Part shown: one piece after another, positions 24,031 through 35,426 of the stretch | Numbering within the stretch: the stretch's first letter is position 1 | Layout: each line of letters begins with the position of its first letter | Assembly: GCF_902713615.1 (NCBI RefSeq) | Contig: NC_052172.1 | Span: 16,339,327-16,403,326, forward strand | Direction of reading: 5' to 3' | Source: Scyliorhinus canicula | Lineage: Eukaryota | DNA length: 64,000 nt | Notes under the pieces: generated by a model | Told to the model about the DNA's origin: nothing | Databases searched by the model: none | Seen by the model: only the letters and a program-made list of their open reading frames with translations | Translations under genes and position numbers: made by a program

Positions 24031-24499
24031 TGTTTTAAAAAAAATTTAGAGTACTCAATTTTTTTTCCAATTAAGGGGCAATTTAGCCTGGCCAATCCAT
24101 CTACCCTGCACATCTTTGGGTTGTGGGGGCGAAACCCACGCAGACACGGGGAGAATGTGCAAACTCCAAACGGACATTGACCCAGAGCCGGGATCGAACC
24201 TGGGACCTCAGCACCTGGAGTATTGTGTTCAGTTTTGGTCTCCTTACTTGAGAAAGGACGTACTGGCACTGGAGGGTGTGCAGAGGAGATTCACTAGGTT
24301 AATCCCAGAGTTGAAGGGGTTGGATTATGAGGAGAGGTTGAGTAGACTGGGACTGTACTCGTTGGAATTTAGAAGGATGAGGGGGGGACCTTATAGAAAC
24401 ATTTAAAATTATGAAGGGAATAGATAGGATAGATGCAGGCAGGTTGTTTCCACTGGCGGGTGAAAGCAGAACTAGGGGACATAGCCTCAAAATAAGGTA

Positions 24500-24788
24500 G
24501 CCATGATGTGGAGATCCTGGTGTTGGACTTGGGTGAGCACAGTAAGAAGTCTTACAACACCAGGTTAAAGTCCAACAGGTTTGTTTCAAACACGAGCTTT
24601 CGGAGCACAGCTCCTTCCTCAGGTGAATGGAGAGGTATGTTCCAGAAACATTTATACAGTATAGACAAAGTCAGAGATGCTGGACAATGCTTGGAATGCG
24701 ACTATTTGCAGGTAATCAAATTATTACAGATCCAGGGAGAGGGATAATCCTGGATCTGTAATGATTTGATTACCTGCAAATGGTCGCA
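24500..24788. mobile_element. Penelope-like terminus ending in a ~40-bp inverted repeat
   Basis: Family sequence at 24500-24630; hairpin arms at about 24697-24736 and 24749-24788. Confidence 0.75.
24591..24625 (-). ncRNA. Minimal hammerhead ribozyme motif
   Basis: - strand: cac CTGAGGA a ggagc-tgt-gctcc GAAA gc TC gtg. Confidence 0.65.
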
Positions 24789-24789
24789 A

Positions 24790-27435
24790 AACAACCTCCA
24801 AAAGTTCTCCAACTTTGGGCAGGGGGTCAGAACATATGGCTGGACCCACCCCACACCGCTCCCAAATGTCCTCCACCCCCTCAAACCACCGGCTCGTCCT
24901 CGACCTCGTCAGGTTGGGCCTGTGCATCACCTTTAACTGTATTAACCCCAGCCTCTCTCAAGAGATTGAGGCATTCACCCTCCACAACACCTCACACCAC
25001 AACCCCTCCTCCAGCGCCACCCTCAGCTCCTCCTCCCACTTGGCCTTAATCCCCTCCAGCCACGCCATATCCTCTTCCAAAATCCTTCCATAAAACGCCC
25101 AGTCTCCAACCACCTACCTCCCCCAGGCACTGAAGTGAGTGGTCACCACAGGAAACAGCAATCCCCCCCAAGCCGGCCCCCGCCCCCGGAAAAGAAACAA
25201 CAAAACACTCGCTCCAAATTCAGTTTATATCCCAAAAATGCTCCAAACCTCTTGAGCTGCCCCATTAAACCCCCCACCGACACACCCGGGTTAGAAATAT
25301 ACAACTAAAGGTCATTGGTGTACAGGGACACCTTATGCACACCCCCCCCTCTCTATCCCCCTCCACTTACCTGAACACCACAGCGCAATGGCCAAGGGCT
25401 CTACGGCCAGTGCAAACAAGAGAGGGGACATGGGACATCTCTACACTGTTCCCCCATGCAGCTGAAATGATCCCAAGTTCACCTCATTTGTATGAACACT
25501 CGCCTTCGGTTCCTTATATAACATAGAACATAGAACATAGAACAGTACAGCACAGAACAGGCCCTTCGGCCCTCGATGTTGTGCCGAGCAATGATCACCC
25601 TACTTAAACCCACGTAACCCGTATACCCGTAACCCAACAATCCCCCCATTAACCTTACACTACGGGCAATTTAGCATGGCCAATCCACCTAACCCGCACA
25701 TCTTTGGACTGTGGGAGGAAACCGGAGCACCCGGAGGAAACCCACGCAGACACGGGGAGGACGTGCAGACTCCACACAGACAGTGACCCAGCCGGGAATC
25801 GAACCTGGGACCCTGGAGCTGTGAAGCATTGATGCTAACCACCATGCTACCGTGAGGCCCCAAATAACAAATAACAATTAGACCCACGCCACAAACTTAG
25901 GTCCAATCCCAAACCGCTCCAACACCGCAAACCAATAACTCCACTGTACTCGATCAAACGCCTCCTCCGCATCCAGCGCCACTGCCACCTCTGACTCCCC
26001 TCCTTCTGATGGGGAGAGCCCCACGTTTAACAAGCGCCGCACATTCAGGAGAACGGCCTACCCTTTACAAACCCTGTCTGACTCTCCCCAATCACCTGCG
26101 CAGGGCACTCTTCCAACCTAAGTGCCAACACCATGGCAAGAATCTCGACATCCTTATTTTGCTGGGATATTGGTCGATATGACCCACACTCCACAGCGGA
26201 ATAGATGCCTGTCTCATCGTCTCTGGGAGCGTCCCCTTAGCCACCCCCATCCTCAAACAGCGGCACCAGCAGTGACACCAACGTATCTAAAAACATCTGA
26301 TAGAATCTCACCGGGAACCCATCCAGCCCCGGTGTCTTACCCGTTTCCATCTTCCCTACCAAACCTCCTCAATCCTCACTGGCCCCATCAACCCTGCCCT
26401 ATCACGGTAGCATTGTGGATAGCACAATTGCTTCACAGCTCCAGGGTCCCAGGTTCGATTCCCGGCTTGGGTCACTGTCTGTGCGGAGTCTGCACGTCCT
26501 TCCCGTGTGTGTGCGTGGGTTTCCTCCGGGTGCTCCGGGTTCCTCCCACAGTCCAAAGATGTGCAGGTTAGGTGGATTGACCATGCTAAATTGCCCTTAG
26601 TGTCCAAAATTGCCCTTAATGTTGGGTGGGGTTACTGGGTTATGGAGATAGGGTGGAGGTGTTGACCTTGGGTAGGGTGCTCTTTCCAAGAGCCGGTGCA
26701 GACTCGATGGGCCGAATGGCCTCCTTCTGCACTGTAAATTCTATGACTATCCTCCTGTACTACTTTAAGACACTCCCCCCCCCTTTCCAAGAAATCCCTC
26801 ATATCCGACTCATCCTCCAAGGGCTCCGTCCTATACAATCTTTTGTAAAACTCCTCAAATCCTCAGGAGCCACCACTAACCCCCTCGCCCCATCCCGGGC
26901 CTGAACAAACTCTCGCGAGGCCACCTGCTGGCAGAGCTGCACCGCCAACAAGCGACGGGCCTTGTCCCCGCATTCGCACACAAGCCCTTCGCCCGCCTCA
27001 ACTGACATACCGCGTTCCCCGGAGGCAGACGGTCAAACCGCGCCTGCAGTTCCTTTCTACTCTGGAGTGGAACCTTACGCAAATTTCCCATCAGCCTCCG
27101 AGAGTTCATCCACCAGCCCCTCCCCTCTTGCCTCCCTGTCAACCTGCGACTTATACGAGATGAACTCGCCCCTCACCACTGCCTTCAGCGCCTCCCAAAA
27201 CCACTGATGGTGAGACCTCCCCTTTTCTTATTGAACCCACATAATCATCAATCACCGTCCCCATCCTCACACTAAAACTCGGATCTGAAACCAGCCCCAC
27301 ATCCAACCTCCACACCGGCCTCTGTGCTGGCCCCTTCTCCAGGACCCACATCCACCAAATGATCCAAAAAGACAATCGCCGAGTATTCCGCTTTCCTCAC
27401 TCCCGACAGCAACAAACTCCCCGTAATAAAGAACT
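24790..27435 (-). mobile_element. Decayed L1-clade LINE ORF2 interrupted by two SINEs (25521-25860 -, 26400-26746 +)
   Basis: The - strand reads ALDAEEAFDRVQWSY..VLERFGIGPKF (L1 RT) near 25900-25980 and a degenerate (W)EALKAVVRGEFISY segment near 27150-27200. Confidence 0.8.
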
Positions 27436-27637
27436 CCTCAGAATTTTGTACACCTCAGCCCCCCCCCCCCCCCCCCCCAACCTTCTCCGCTCCAAAGAAA
27501 ACAACCCCGGCCTAACCAGCCTCTCTTCATAGCTAAAATGCTCCACCCCAGGCAACATCCTGGAGAATCGCCTCTGCCTCCCCTCTCCCGTACGATTACC
27601 TCCGTCCTGTAGTGCAGTGACCAATACTGAACACAAT

Positions 27638-28545
27638 GGGCGGGATTGAATGGCCACGTTCCACCGAGAGAGTAGCTAGCTGCGGCACAGAATGGCCGAT
27701 AAAAGCCGGGAGACCCCACTCCCGGAATCTACCAGGCTCGCAACGCCTCGCGAGATCTAACGCAACCTTGGGAGATGTTGCGATGTAAACCCCGCCCATT
27801 GTGGGCAGGGTCACTGCCTATTAGAGTGAGACAGCGAGTCTCCCTGTCATGTGCAGATTCCCGAGGAGTTGGGATTGATCCCCATCGCCTCGGGGACCTG
27901 GGGCGAGCGCCGATCGGCACTCGTGGGGGGTCCCCCAGCGGATCGGAGGCCCCTCGGGTACATGCCCTTTGGGCCGGGTGGCACCCTGGCACTGCTGGTA
28001 CCACCTGGGCACCTTGGCAGGGCCAAACTGCACCCCCACCTGTGGGTGCCAGTCTGGCACTGCCAGGATGGCAAGGCCAAGCTGGTGATTGGGCCAGTGT
28101 TGGGGGGTAACTCTCCCACAGTGTGTTGGGGGTCGCACTGGGCTAAATCGCTGGATTTTAAAGCAGACCAAGCAGGCCAGCAGCACGGTTCGATTCCCAT
28201 ACCAGCCTCCCCGGACAGGCGGCGGAATGTGGCGACTAGGGGCTTTTCACAGTAACTTCATTGAAGCCTACTCGTGACAATAAGCGATTTTCTTTTTCAG
28301 GATTGGGACGCCATTTTTAAATGGCGCTATACCCTCGCTATAACGCAGATTTCTAGCGAGCGGAGCTCCTCGATGTAGAAAACGGGGCTATGTGCAGTCT
28401 CGGCTGTGTGTTCCCTGCTGAGGCCCCTTATTTAATGCGAGTGCCGTTTTATACCCATGTGTTACTTGGTGCTGTGAGTGCCAGGAAACACGTGGCTAAA
28501 CCTGCTCGCTATGAGACTTTGTTCCCATTTAGTCAAGTCGTGCCC
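27638..28545. mobile_element. Non-autonomous Harbinger-type element (MITE-like) inserted in CR1
   Basis: Imperfect TIR gggcgggatt / aagtcgtgccc; 3-bp flanks aat/agt; the flanks rejoin a CR1 sequence; carries a nested short SINE at 28135-28298. Confidence 0.65.
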
Positions 28546-28769
28546 AGTATTCTAGCTGTGGCTTAACAAAAGTTATAATTCTGATGTCTGAATGTGCCAC
28601 CATCTTCACCACCATTTACACCTCCCTTTGTCCTTTTAGTCCATGACGCCTTGGTCAATCTCCACTCATGGCTGGCCCTCTATCCAGCCCCACTGCTCCA
28701 CGAGGCCCTCACCACCCCCACAACAGTGTAAATCTCATCCTATTTGCAGTTCATCCTAGTTTTGACAGA

Positions 28770-29836
28770 GTCATAGCACCTGGTCATAGCATCTTTGAGG
28801 TCTATAGCGCAGAAAAGGCCCTTCGGCCCATCGCATCTGCTACAGTCAAAAACAACCACCTAACCATTCTAATCCCATTTTCCGACACATGGCCCATAGC
28901 CTTGTCTGCCCTGGGCTCACAAGAGTGCATCTAAATCCTTCTTAAATGTTATGAGGGTCTCTGCCTTCATCACCCTTTCAGGCAGCGATGTTCCAGACTC
29001 CCACCACCCTCTGGGTAAAAACGTTCCCTCTCACATCCCCATCGAACCTCCTGCCCCAACCTTAAATTTTTAAAATAGAATTTACAGTGCAGAAGGAGGC
29101 CATTTGGCCCATCGAGTCTGCACCGGCTCTTGGAAAGAGCACCCTACCCAACCCCGCACCTCCACCCTATCCCCATAAACCAGTAACCCCACCCAACACT
29201 GAGGGAATTTTGGATACTAAGGGCAATTTATCATGGCCAGTCCACCTAACCCACCCATCTTTGGACTGTAGGAGGAAACCGGAGCACCCAGAGGAAACGC
29301 ACGCACACACGGGGAGAACGTGCAGACTCCGCACAGTGACCCAAGCCGGGAATCGAACCTGGGACCCTGGAGCCGTGAAGTAATTGTGCTAACCACTATG
29401 CTACCGTGCTGCCCGTGCTGGTCATTGATCCCTCCACCAAGGGAAAATATTTCTTCCATTCTACTCTATCCCTCATAATTTTATACATGTCAATCATTCT
29501 CGACAGGGCAACACGGTGGGACAGTGGTTAGCACTGCTGGCTCAGAGCGCCAAGTTCCCAGGTTCGATTCCCCGCTTGGGTCACTGTTGGTGTGGAGTCT
29601 CCACCTTCTCCCCGTGTCTGCGTGGGTTTCCTCCGGGTGCTCCGGTTTCCTCCCACAGTCCAAGGATATACAGGTCAGGTGGATTGGCCACGCTAAATTG
29701 CCCCTTAGTGTCCAACAGTCAGGTGGGGTTACGGAGATAAGGCAGGAGAGTGGGCCTGAATGGGTTGCTCGTTCGGAGGGCTGGTGGAGACTCGGTGGGC
29801 AAAGTGGCCTCATTCTGCACTGTAGGTATTCTATGA
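28770..29836. mobile_element. CR1 3' fragments (-) with two HE1-like SINEs
   Basis: SINE cores at 29076-29414 (-) and 29506-29836 (+). Confidence 0.75.
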
Positions 29837-30028
29837 TGCCTGCCGTCCACCTCCTCCGTCATTAATCCCTCCTCCAAGATAAAATGTTTCTTCCTGTCTA
29901 TCTATGCCCCTCATAATGTTATTCACCTTAGCCCTGTCCCCCCCCCCCCCCCCCCCCCAACCAACTCTGCTCGAAGGAAAACATGGAGTTTAGAAGGTTG
30001 GGGTGGGATCTTATTAAAGCTTACTGAA

Positions 30029-30449
30029 TGTCGTGTTATTCACCCTGGGGTAACACGGACTGTAACTGGATGCAGTTGTACTGGAAAGCCGACACCAAAC
30101 TTAGACGTTGGTTCAATACGATTTATTGAACTTCTGTAACAATGCACACAGCTTGCTGTAGGTTGACACTCTACTACTCGAAGTGTGCTAACTCTAACTC
30201 ACTAGACCAGACTAGCTCTGAGCCACGTGTAGAAGGTGCTAAATGATATATACACCCTGACTGTCACTACAGTTGTCAAGGTGGAAAGAGGCAGAGTGCT
30301 GATGCCTCGTGTGTTTTATAGTAGGAGACCACCCTCTGATGTTCTGTCTGGTGATTGGTTGTGTTCTGTCCTGTGTGTTGATTGGCTAGCCTGGGTGTCT
30401 GTCACTGCCTGTCTTTACCTCATTATGTGCATGAGTGCATATTATGACA
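30029..30449 (-). mobile_element. Solo LTR (421 bp) in CR1
   Basis: tgtc...gaca ends; TSD ctgaa/cagaa with one mismatch; the flanks rejoin CR1 ORF2. Confidence 0.8.
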
Positions 30450-30821
30450 CAGAATACTCAGAGGCCTGGATAGACTGGACGTGGAGAGGTTGTTTCCACT
30501 AGTCGGAAAAACTAGAACCCGAGGGCACAAACTCAGACTGAAGGGACGATCCTTTAACACTGAGATGAGAAGGAATTTCTTCAGCCAGAGGGTGATGAAT
30601 CTGTGGAACTCTTTGCCGCAGAAGGCTATGGAGGCAAAGTCGCTTTAAGACAGAGATAGACAGGTTCTTGATTAATATGGGCATCAGGGGTTATAGGGAG
30701 AAGGCAGGTGAATGGGGGTGAGAAGCATATCAGCCATGATTGGATGGTGAAGCAGACTCGATGGGCTGAATGACATAATTCTGCTCCTCTGTCTTATGGT
30801 CTTATAACCCATTTTCTTAAT

Positions 30822-31058
30822 GGGTGCCACGGTGGCGGCGTGGTCAGCACTGCTGCCTCACCAGGGTCCCGGGTTCAATTCTAGCCTTGGCTCACGTCTG
30901 TGTGGAGTCTGCAAGTTCTCCCCGTGTCTGCGCGGGTTTCCTCCTGGCGCTCTGGTTTCTTCCCATAGTACAAAAAATAGGTGTGCGGGCTAGGTGGATT
31001 TGTCACGCTAAATTGCCCGTTGTGTCCAAAAGGTTAGACTGGAGTTACAGGGATAGGG

Positions 31059-31090
<32 letters not shown>

Positions 31091-32940
31091 GTGGGCCTTG
31101 TTAGGGTGCTCTTTCAGAATGTCGGACAAGAACGCCGCGTATAATGAAAATGAAAATGAAAATCGCTTATTGTCACGAGTAGGCTTCAATTAAGTTACTG
31201 TGAAAAGCCCCTAGTCGCCACATTCCGGCACCTGTCCGGGGAGGCTGGTACGGGAATCGAACCGTGCTGCTGGCCTGCTTTAAAAGCCAGCGATTTAGCC
31301 TGGTGAGCTACTCCACTGACTTTGGGTGAGAATCCTGGCCTGGATTGGCCATGCTAAATTTTTTTTAATTTAAAAAAAAAATAAATTTAGAGTACCCAAT
31401 TAATTTTTTCCAATTAAGGGGCAATTTAGCGTGGCCAATCCACCTACTCTGCACATCTTTTGGGTTGTGGGGGTGAAACCCACGCAAACACGGGGAGAAT
31501 GTGCAAACTCCACACAGACAGTGACCCAGAGCCGGGATCGAACCTAGGACCTCGGCGCTGTGAGGCAACAGGGCTAACCCACTGCACCACAGTGCTGCCC
31601 TGGCCATGCTAAATTGCCCATAGTGTCCAAAAAGGTTAAGTGGCATTACTGGGTTACGGGAATAGGATGGAGGTATGGGCTTGAGTAGGGTGCTCTTTCC
31701 AAGGGCCAGTGCACTCGATGGGCCCCTTCTGCACTGAAGGGATTCTATGATTATGAACCCCAGTCTATCCAATCCTCCCTCGTAACTGAAACTCGCAGGT
31801 CAGGCAACACCCTGCCCCCTTCGCAAGGCAGCACAGTGGTAACCACTGCTGCCAGGATTTGATTCCCGGCTTGGGTCACTGCGCGGAGTCTGCACGTTCT
31901 CCCCGTGTCTGCGTGGGTTTCCTCCGGGTGCTCCGGTTTCCTCCTACAACTCCGGGAAGATGTGCTTGTTAGGTGAATTGGCCATTCTGAATTCTCCCTC
32001 CATGTATCCGAACAGGCGGCGGAATGTGTCGACTAGGGGCTTTTTACAGTAACTTAATTGCAGTGCTAATAAAGATTAATATGGGACAGCATGGTGGCAC
32101 AGTGGTTAGCACTGCTGCCTCACGGCACCGAGGTCCCAGGTTCGATCCCGGTTCTGGGTCACTGTCAGTGTGGAGTTTGCACATTCTCCCCGTGTCTGTG
32201 TGGGTTTCGCCCCCACAACCCAAAGATGTGCAGGCTAGGTGGATTGGCCACACTAAATTGCCCCTTAATTGGAAAACATGAATTGGGTCCTCTAAATTTA
32301 TTTTTAAAAAAATTTAGCGTGGCCAATCCACCTAACTCGCACACCTTTGAGTTGTGGGTGTGAGACCCACGCAGTCATGGGGAGAATATGCAAATTCCAC
32401 ATGGACAGTGACCCGGGGCCGGGATTGAACCCGAGTCCTCAGCGCTGTGGGCAGCAGTGCTAACCACTGCATCACCGTGCCGCCCCTTGGCCAATGGTTT
32501 ATGTATATCTCAAATGCGAGGCAGCACGGTGGCACAGTGGGTTAGCCCTGCTGCCTCATGGCGCCGAGGTCCCAGGTTCGATCCCGGCTCTGGGGTCACT
32601 GTCCGTGTGGAGTTTGCACATTCTCCCCGTGTCTGCGTGGGTTTCGCCCCCACAACCCAAAGATGTTCCCAAACCCAAAGGGGCTGGTTTAGCTCACTGG
32701 GCTAAATCGCTGGCTTTCAAAGCAGGCCTGCAGCACGGTTCGATTCCTGTACTAGCCTCCCCGAACAGGCACCGGAATGTGGCGACCAGGGGCTTTTCAC
32801 AGTCACTTCATTGAAGCCTACTCGTGACAATAAGCGATTTTCATTTCATTTCATGTGTAGGCTAGGTGGATTGGCCACGCTAAATTGCCTCTTAATTGGA
32901 AAAAATGAATTGGGTACTCTAAATTTAAAAAAAAAAATTT
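30822..32940. mobile_element. Dense nested SINE cluster (seven or more copies)
   Basis: Repeated HE1 cores and short (tttca)n-tailed SINEs on both strands. Confidence 0.85.
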
Positions 32941-33029
32941 ATATGATTAAGGGCTATCACATCCCTCCCAGAGTGTGGATTCCAGGGCTGGAAAGGTCAG
33001 CTCCAATGTTGGGGGAGCCAGTGTTTTGA

Positions 33030-33216
33030 GCAGAGAAACTACAACTCCCGGCGTGCAGCGGGCCGCGGCGGTGCGCACCGCGCATGTGCGGCCAGCCACC
33101 GGAAGTGCTTGGAGCGTTGGCCCGGGAGGGAGGCCTGGCTGAGCAGCTGTCACTCAGACTGTAGCAATTCACTCTGCAGCGGGAGAGCAGCAGAAAGCGG
33201 CGGAGGGCAGGTGAGT
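33030..33216 (+). promoter_or_regulatory. CpG promoter and non-coding exon 1 of the ZBTB1-like gene
   Basis: ZNF143-type aactacaactcccggcgtgc (33037-33056), NRF1-like gcgcatgtgcg, ETS ccggaagt (33099-33106), consensus donor CAG|GTGAGT at 33210/33211. Confidence 0.75.
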
Positions 33217-33479
33217 TCCCACCGGGGGGGGGGGGGGGGGGGGGTGAATCGGGGGTCGATGCAGGGTCCTCACGGGCGCCGGAGCCATCCGGTTTGAATG
33301 GAGCAGGTCGTGCAAAAAAAACCACACACACACACACACACAAAAACATCCCCACGTTTCCACACAAAAGCCTCGGCAGGAGGTCAGCGCGGACCCGAAC
33401 ATGCCGCGGCCCCGCCGTGCCATTGCACCCTTCTGGATGGGCCGATCGGTTGCTCTGCCCCACAAAAAGGGTATGGTGC

Positions 33480-33755
33480 AAGTGGGCAAAGGGGTGTGTG
33501 ACTGGGTACAACTGGGCAAAGGGGGGGGGTACGATTGGGCAAAGAGGGAGGGGGCAGGGTACGATTGGGTAAAGGAGGGGAGGAGCGGGGTACAAATGGG
33601 CAAAGGGGGCGGGAATGGGGTATAATTGGGCAAAGGGGAGGGAATGGGGTACAATTGGGCAAAGGGGGAGGGGGCAGGGTACGATTGGGCAAAGGGGGAG
33701 GGAATGGGGTACAATTGGGCAAAGAAGATGGGGAGCGGGGCTCAATTGGGCAAAT
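33480..33755. repeat. About 29-30 bp G-rich minisatellite in intron 1
   Basis: gggtac(a/g)attgggcaaagggggaggg repeated about 9 times. Confidence 0.85.
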
Positions 33756-35426
33756 AATCATAGAATCCCTATTGTACATTCGGTCCATCGGGTCTGAACC
33801 GGCTCTCTGAAAGAGCACCTTACCGCGACCCACTACCCTGCCCTATCCCTGTAATTCCACCTAACCACATCTTTGGACTGGATAATACTTGGTTGATTCC
33901 TATCGGTTAGTCAAGGAAGAGTGTTTTTTAAAAAAAAATTTAGATTAGCCAATTATTTTTTCCAATTAGGGGGCAATTTAGCGTGGCCAATCCACCTACT
34001 CTGCACATTTTTGGGTTGTGGGGGCGAAACCCACGCAGACACGGGGAGAATGTGCAAACTCCACACGGACAGTGACCCAGAGCCGGGATCGAACCTGGGA
34101 CCTCAGCGCCGTGAGGCGGTTGTGCTAACCACTAGGCCACCGTGCTGCCCTAAGGAAGAGTGTTTGACTGATATTGGTGGAGGGGGTTTGAAAGCAGGAA
34201 TATTTACTGGTCAAATCCCACGGTAGTTGGTGGAATCAGTTGATAAATCAGGAATATGAAGCGAGTCTCAGTAAGGGTGACCCTAAACCTGTCATTGAAT
34301 GTCGTAAAAACCCTTTGAGGGAAAGCAAGGAAATCTGCCGTCCTTACCCGGTCTGGCCTTCACGTGACTCAAGACCCACAGCGATGGGGTTGACTCTTAA
34401 CTGTCCCTCTGGAATGGCCGAGCGAGACACTCAGTTCAGGGGGATGGGGCGCACGCTGGGACAGCGATTAGCACTACTGCCTCACAGCGCCAGAGTCCTG
34501 GGCTCGATTCCCAGCTTGGGGTCACTGTGGAGTCTGCACGTTCTCCCTGTGTCTGCAGGGGTTGCCTCCGGGTGCTCCGGTTTCCTCCCACAGACCAAAC
34601 CCGTGCAGGTTAGGTGGGGTTGGCCGTTGTAAAATTGCCCCTTAGTGTTCCAAGGATGTGTAGGTTAGCAAAGAGAAAATGCTGGAAAATCTCAGCAGGT
34701 CTGACAGCATCTGTGGGGAGAGAAAAGAGCTGCCGTTGCGGGTCCAGATGAGCCTTTGTCAAAGCTGTGTAAGTCTGGTGGGGTTATGGGGATGGGAAGG
34801 GGGGTGCCCTTTCGGAGGGTGGGTGCACTCGATGGGCCGAATGGCCCCCTTCTGCAGTGTAGGGATTCTATGATTGTTGGCCGTGGTAGTGACATAAATA
34901 TTCCATGAAAGAAAACACTTTAAAAAAGCCTCCAAACCTGGCTTCTTGAACATCCCCCCCACAGTGTTCTTCGCTGAACTATAGGTGGGAAGGTCGTACA
35001 GGGATTTCTTAACCCTCTCCTGCTTCATAAAATACTCCATAAATCCTCTTCTTTTTAAATAAATTTAGAGTACCAAACCCACCTACCCTGCACATCTTTG
35101 GGTTGTGGGGGCGAAACCCACGCAGACACGGGGAGAATGTGCAAACTCCACACGGACAGTGACCAAGAGCCGGGATCGAACCTGGGACCTCAGCGCCGTG
35201 AGGCCGCAGTGCTAACCACTGCACCATCGTGCTGCCCTTACTCCATAAATCCTACTGGCTTCACCAAGCTTTTGGCCACCTGTCCTTGTACCTATTGTGT
35301 GGCTGATGTTAGATTTTTCCTCCGTGTTTTATATGTTTATAGAGTTCTTGCTCTCAGCTGGAAGTGTTTGTGTCGGACGTTGTTATTAACGGTGGGGTTT
35401 CTGGTCTGTTTTAGGTGACGGGCAGA

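Noticed and set aside
34670-34766. Hammerhead in ZBTB intron 1
   Set aside because: The core is degenerate (ttgacaa...gcaa) and antisense to the gene.
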